Assembly: GCA_963785725.1 (NCBI GenBank)
Contig: CAWAWS010000016.1
Location: 256,001 to 320,000 of the forward strand
Direction: 5' to 3'
From: an uncultured delta proteobacterium
GTDB lineage: Bacteria; Myxococcota_A; Polyangia; Palsa-1104
Length of the DNA stretch: 64,000 nucleotides
Part shown: positions 61,243 to 64,000 of the stretch, in pieces
How positions within the stretch are numbered: the stretch's first letter is position 1
How the letters are laid out: each line of letters begins with the position of its first letter
The notes under the pieces: model-generated
What the model saw: only the letters and a program-made list of their open reading frames with translations
Databases searched by the model: none
Told to the model about the DNA's origin: nothing
Made by a program: the position numbers and the translations under genes

Positions 61243-62619
61243 TTACGAGGCGAGATCGGCGCCGATCTCGGCGAGGACGCGGGCGAACGTCGGGAAGCTG
61301 GTCGCGACATTGCGCGTGTCGCGGATGACGGTCTCGCCGGCGGCGCCGAGCGCGCAGATGGCGCCGGCCATGGCGATGCGATGGTCGCCGCGGCTCTCGA
61401 CGACGCCGGCGCGCACGCCCCGACCGCCGCGCACGGTCATGCCGTCGGGATGCTCTTCGACCTCGACGCCGAGCGCGCGCAGCATGGCGGCGGTGGCGGC
61501 GATGCGGTCGGACTCCTTGACGCGCAGCTCGGCGGCGTCGCGGATGCGCGTGTCGCCGTCGGCGTGGGCGGCGATGGCGGCGAGCAGCGGCAGCTCGTCG
61601 ATGGCGCGCACGGCCAGCTCGCCGGCGATCTCGATGCCGGCGAGCGTGCCGGCGACGCACACGAGGTCGGCCACCGGCTCGCCGCCGACGACGCGCTCGT
61701 TCTCGAGCGTGACGGCGGCGCCCATGGCGCGGAGCGCGTCCAAGACGCCGGTGCGCGTCGGGTTGACGCCGACGCCGCGCACGACGACGCGACTGTGGGG
61801 CACGACCGCCGCCGCGCCGAGCAGGAACGCCGCCGACGACAGATCGCCGGGCACCTCCAAGTCGCGCCCGGCCAGCTTGCCGTCCCAGCCGCGCGGATCG
61901 AGCCGCACCGTCAAGCCGTCGACGGTGAGCGGCGCGCCCATATACGCCAGCATGCGCTCCGAGTGATCGCGCGAACGCTCGGGCTCGGTCACCTGCGTGA
62001 CGCCTTCGGCCGCCAAGCCCGCGAGCAGAATGCACGACTTGACCTGCGCGCTCGCGACCTTCGACGTAAAGCTCATGCCGCTCAAGCGCTCGTGGCCGCG
62101 CGGGCCGATCTCGAGCGGCGGATAGGTCTCGCCCAACTTCGCGCCGGCCGAGCCGCCGATGTTGGCGCCCATTTGCCGCAGCGGATCGACGACGCGGCGC
62201 ATGGGACGCGCGTGCAAGTAGGCGTCACCGACGAGGCGCGCCGCGAACGGACGCGACGCCAGCAGGCCGGCGAGCAGGCGCATCGACGTGCCCGAGTTGC
62301 CGCAGTCGAGATCGACCGTCGGCGCGCGCAGGCCGTCGAGGCCGCGACCGTCGACGGTGACCATCCCGGCGGCGACGTCCTCGATGGCGACGCCGAGCGC
62401 GCGCAAGGCGCCGATGGTCGAGCGGTTGTCCTCGCCGCCCGACAGGCCGCGCACGGTCGCCTTGCCGTCGGCGATGGCCGCGAACAGCACGGCGCGATGG
62501 CCGATGGACTTGTCGCCCGGCACGCGCACGTCGCCGGCCAGCGCCGAAGCCGGCCCGCGCACGCGCAGCGTCTCGATGGGCGCGCCGCCATGCCCGGTTT
62601 CCGTTTCCGACGGGCTCAT
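61243..62619 (-). CDS. aroA: EPSP synthase
   Basis: PGDKSIGHR, DCGNSGTSMRL, SAQVKS, RDHSERML, ELRVKESDRI, GDHRIAM. Confidence 0.96.
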   Translation of the reverse strand: MSPSETETGHGGAPIETLRVRGPASALAGDVRVPGDKSIGHRAVLFAAIADGKATVRGLSGGEDNRSTIGALRALGVAIEDVAAGMVTVDGRGLDGLRAPTVDLDCGNSGTSMRLLAGLLASRPFAARLVGDAYLHARPMRRVVDPLRQMGANIGGSAGAKLGETYPPLEIGPRGHERLSGMSFTSKVASAQVKSCILLAGLAAEGVTQVTEPERSRDHSERMLAYMGAPLTVDGLTVRLDPRGWDGKLAGRDLEVPGDLSSAAFLLGAAAVVPHSRVVVRGVGVNPTRTGVLDALRAMGAAVTLENERVVGGEPVADLVCVAGTLAGIEIAGELAVRAIDELPLLAAIAAHADGDTRIRDAAELRVKESDRIAATAAMLRALGVEVEEHPDGMTVRGGRGVRAGVVESRGDHRIAMAGAICALGAAGETVIRDTRNVATSFPTFARVLAEIGADLAS

Positions 62620-63581
62620 CGCGCCGCCTTGTCGGGCGAACGCGGGGTCAACGCCTGCATCTGCGCCAAACGCGTCACCAACTGATCGACGCGCCGCTCT
62701 GCCAACCGATAGGCCACGTGCACCTCCGCCTGCTTGGCCACCACTACGAATGGATCGACATAGGGCACGAGCCCCAACAGACGCATGGTCACTTGGCTCT
62801 TGAGCTCGTTGGCGCGCTGACGCATCAGCTCCGCCAGCGTGTTGGCTTCGGCCGCGCCGCGCGCGCCGCCGATGATGCCGACGTCGAAGCCGTCGCCGAT
62901 GGCGAACGACAGCGCCAGCCAGTCGAGCTCGGCGGCCGAGCCCCACTTCTCGGCGCGCAGCCGCTCGCGCAACGGCGCCGTCGCGACGAGGCCGAGCATG
63001 AGCGCCGGTCGGCCCAGCTTCGCCGTCGGCGCGCGGTCGAAGGCGTCGCGCAGCGGCTTGTCGATGGCGCCGCCGCGCACGCTGTCGTCTTGCCGCGAGC
63101 TGACGTCGAGCACGCGGCGAACCATGGCGCGGCTGCCGAACGCCAGCACGCGCGGCGTCACGCGGGCGATCGAGTCCTCGCCGTCGCGATCGACGACGGT
63201 GGCGCCGTGGTAATCGACTTCGGGCGCGCCGCCGCGCAAGGCGTCCCAGTCGAGGCGGCCGCGCACGATCGTCGCCGCTTCGGAATCGGCCGCGCCGGCG
63301 CGATAGACGCCGACGACGACCGCTTCGACGCGCGCCAACGGATCGTCGCCCAGCCGCTGCAGACGCTGCTTTCCCGCGGCCGGCAACAGATCGAGCAGGC
63401 GCCGCGCCGTGGGCCAGCTGTCCAGCTGCGCGACATCGACGTCGACGAGCAGATCGGGGCCCGACGGCATGAGATCGACCAAGTCCTCGCCGATCGGCCG
63501 ATCGGGCAGCGACACGATCGGCCCCTCGTGCGCGCAGCCGGCCAGCTGCGCCAACGCCAACGCCAACACCGCGCGCTTCAC
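62616..63581 (-). CDS. Hypothetical lipoprotein
   Basis: GTG start coupled to tyrA stop; lipobox LAGC; ATGA overlap with aroA. Confidence 0.7.
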   Translation of the reverse strand: MKRAVLALALAQLAGCAHEGPIVSLPDRPIGEDLVDLMPSGPDLLVDVDVAQLDSWPTARRLLDLLPAAGKQRLQRLGDDPLARVEAVVVGVYRAGAADSEAATIVRGRLDWDALRGGAPEVDYHGATVVDRDGEDSIARVTPRVLAFGSRAMVRRVLDVSSRQDDSVRGGAIDKPLRDAFDRAPTAKLGRPALMLGLVATAPLRERLRAEKWGSAAELDWLALSFAIGDGFDVGIIGGARGAAEANTLAELMRQRANELKSQVTMRLLGLVPYVDPFVVVAKQAEVHVAYRLAERRVDQLVTRLAQMQALTPRSPDKAAR

Positions 63582-64000
63582 CGGCGCGACTCCATGACGC
63601 GGCTGCGGCCCGAGCGCGCGCGGGCGACGATCGACTCGATGGCGTCTTCGTCGCCGTCGTCGATGGCGCGGCGCAAGGCCGCCAGCTCGTCGCCGAGCGC
63701 GTCGAGCGCGGCCAAGAGCGGCGCGCGGTTGGCGACGAAGATGTCGCGCCACATGGCCGGATCGGACGCGGCGATGCGCGTCGTGTCGGCGAAGCCGGCG
63801 CCCGACAGGCCGGCCACTTCGTCGGCGACGCCACCGACGGCAGCGGCGAGCGCGAACGCGGCGGCGTGCGGCAAATGGCTGACCCAGGCGATGACGCGAT
63901 CGTGATGCGCCGCCGTCAGCGTCATCGTGCGCGCGCCCGCCGCTTGCCACAGCGCCGTGCAGTGGTCGAGCGCGTCGGCGGCGGTGCGCGCCGTCGGCGT
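63578..64000 (-). CDS. tyrA: Prephenate dehydrogenase, 5' end outside window
   Basis: HDRVIAWVSHLPH, GFADTTRIAASDPAMWRDIF. Confidence 0.92.
   Translation of the reverse strand, partial: TPTARTAADALDHCTALWQAAGARTMTLTAAHHDRVIAWVSHLPHAAAFALAAAVGGVADEVAGLSGAGFADTTRIAASDPAMWRDIFVANRAPLLAALDALGDELAALRRAIDDGDEDAIESIVARARSGRSRVMESRR

Overview
High-GC bacterial chromosome segment, most likely from Myxococcota. The evidence is the Hanks-type kinases, PilZ paralogues, PEGA domain, many lipoproteins, PrkA and kamDE; the taxon is inferred from gene content only. Most of the window is housekeeping: coaBC, family-4 UDG, carA/pyrC/pyrR/pyrB, exbBD, rpmB, ridA, tex, bcp, ygfZ, aroA and tyrA. Two accessory loci stand out. 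(1) 12.4-19.5 kb is an expanded SdpABC-like antimicrobial-peptide operon. It has two lipoprotein-type SdpC precursors that share an identical 48-bp GVHADDYCATCVEDGG block but carry different hydrophobic cores. These are followed by sdpA, sdpB, a lipoprotein alpha/beta hydrolase, a candidate immunity protein and a second HTTM protein that looks like an SdpB-SdpA fusion, all behind a sigma54-like promoter. (2) 4.8-11.1 kb holds two HzsA-related beta-propeller/c-heme lipoproteins flanking an exported HEAT-repeat protein. Other observations are a CTAG-bounded MITE-like element, a degenerate HisRS paralogue, a bilin-reductase-like gene coupled to bcp, a small basic protein with its own promoter and terminator, and many apparently leaderless genes. 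Five genes (carA, exbD, prkA, the HTTM gene, one GH5) carry frameshifts that are probably long-read indels. No tRNA, rRNA or CRISPR array was seen. All family calls are by-eye motif recognition; no database search was run.
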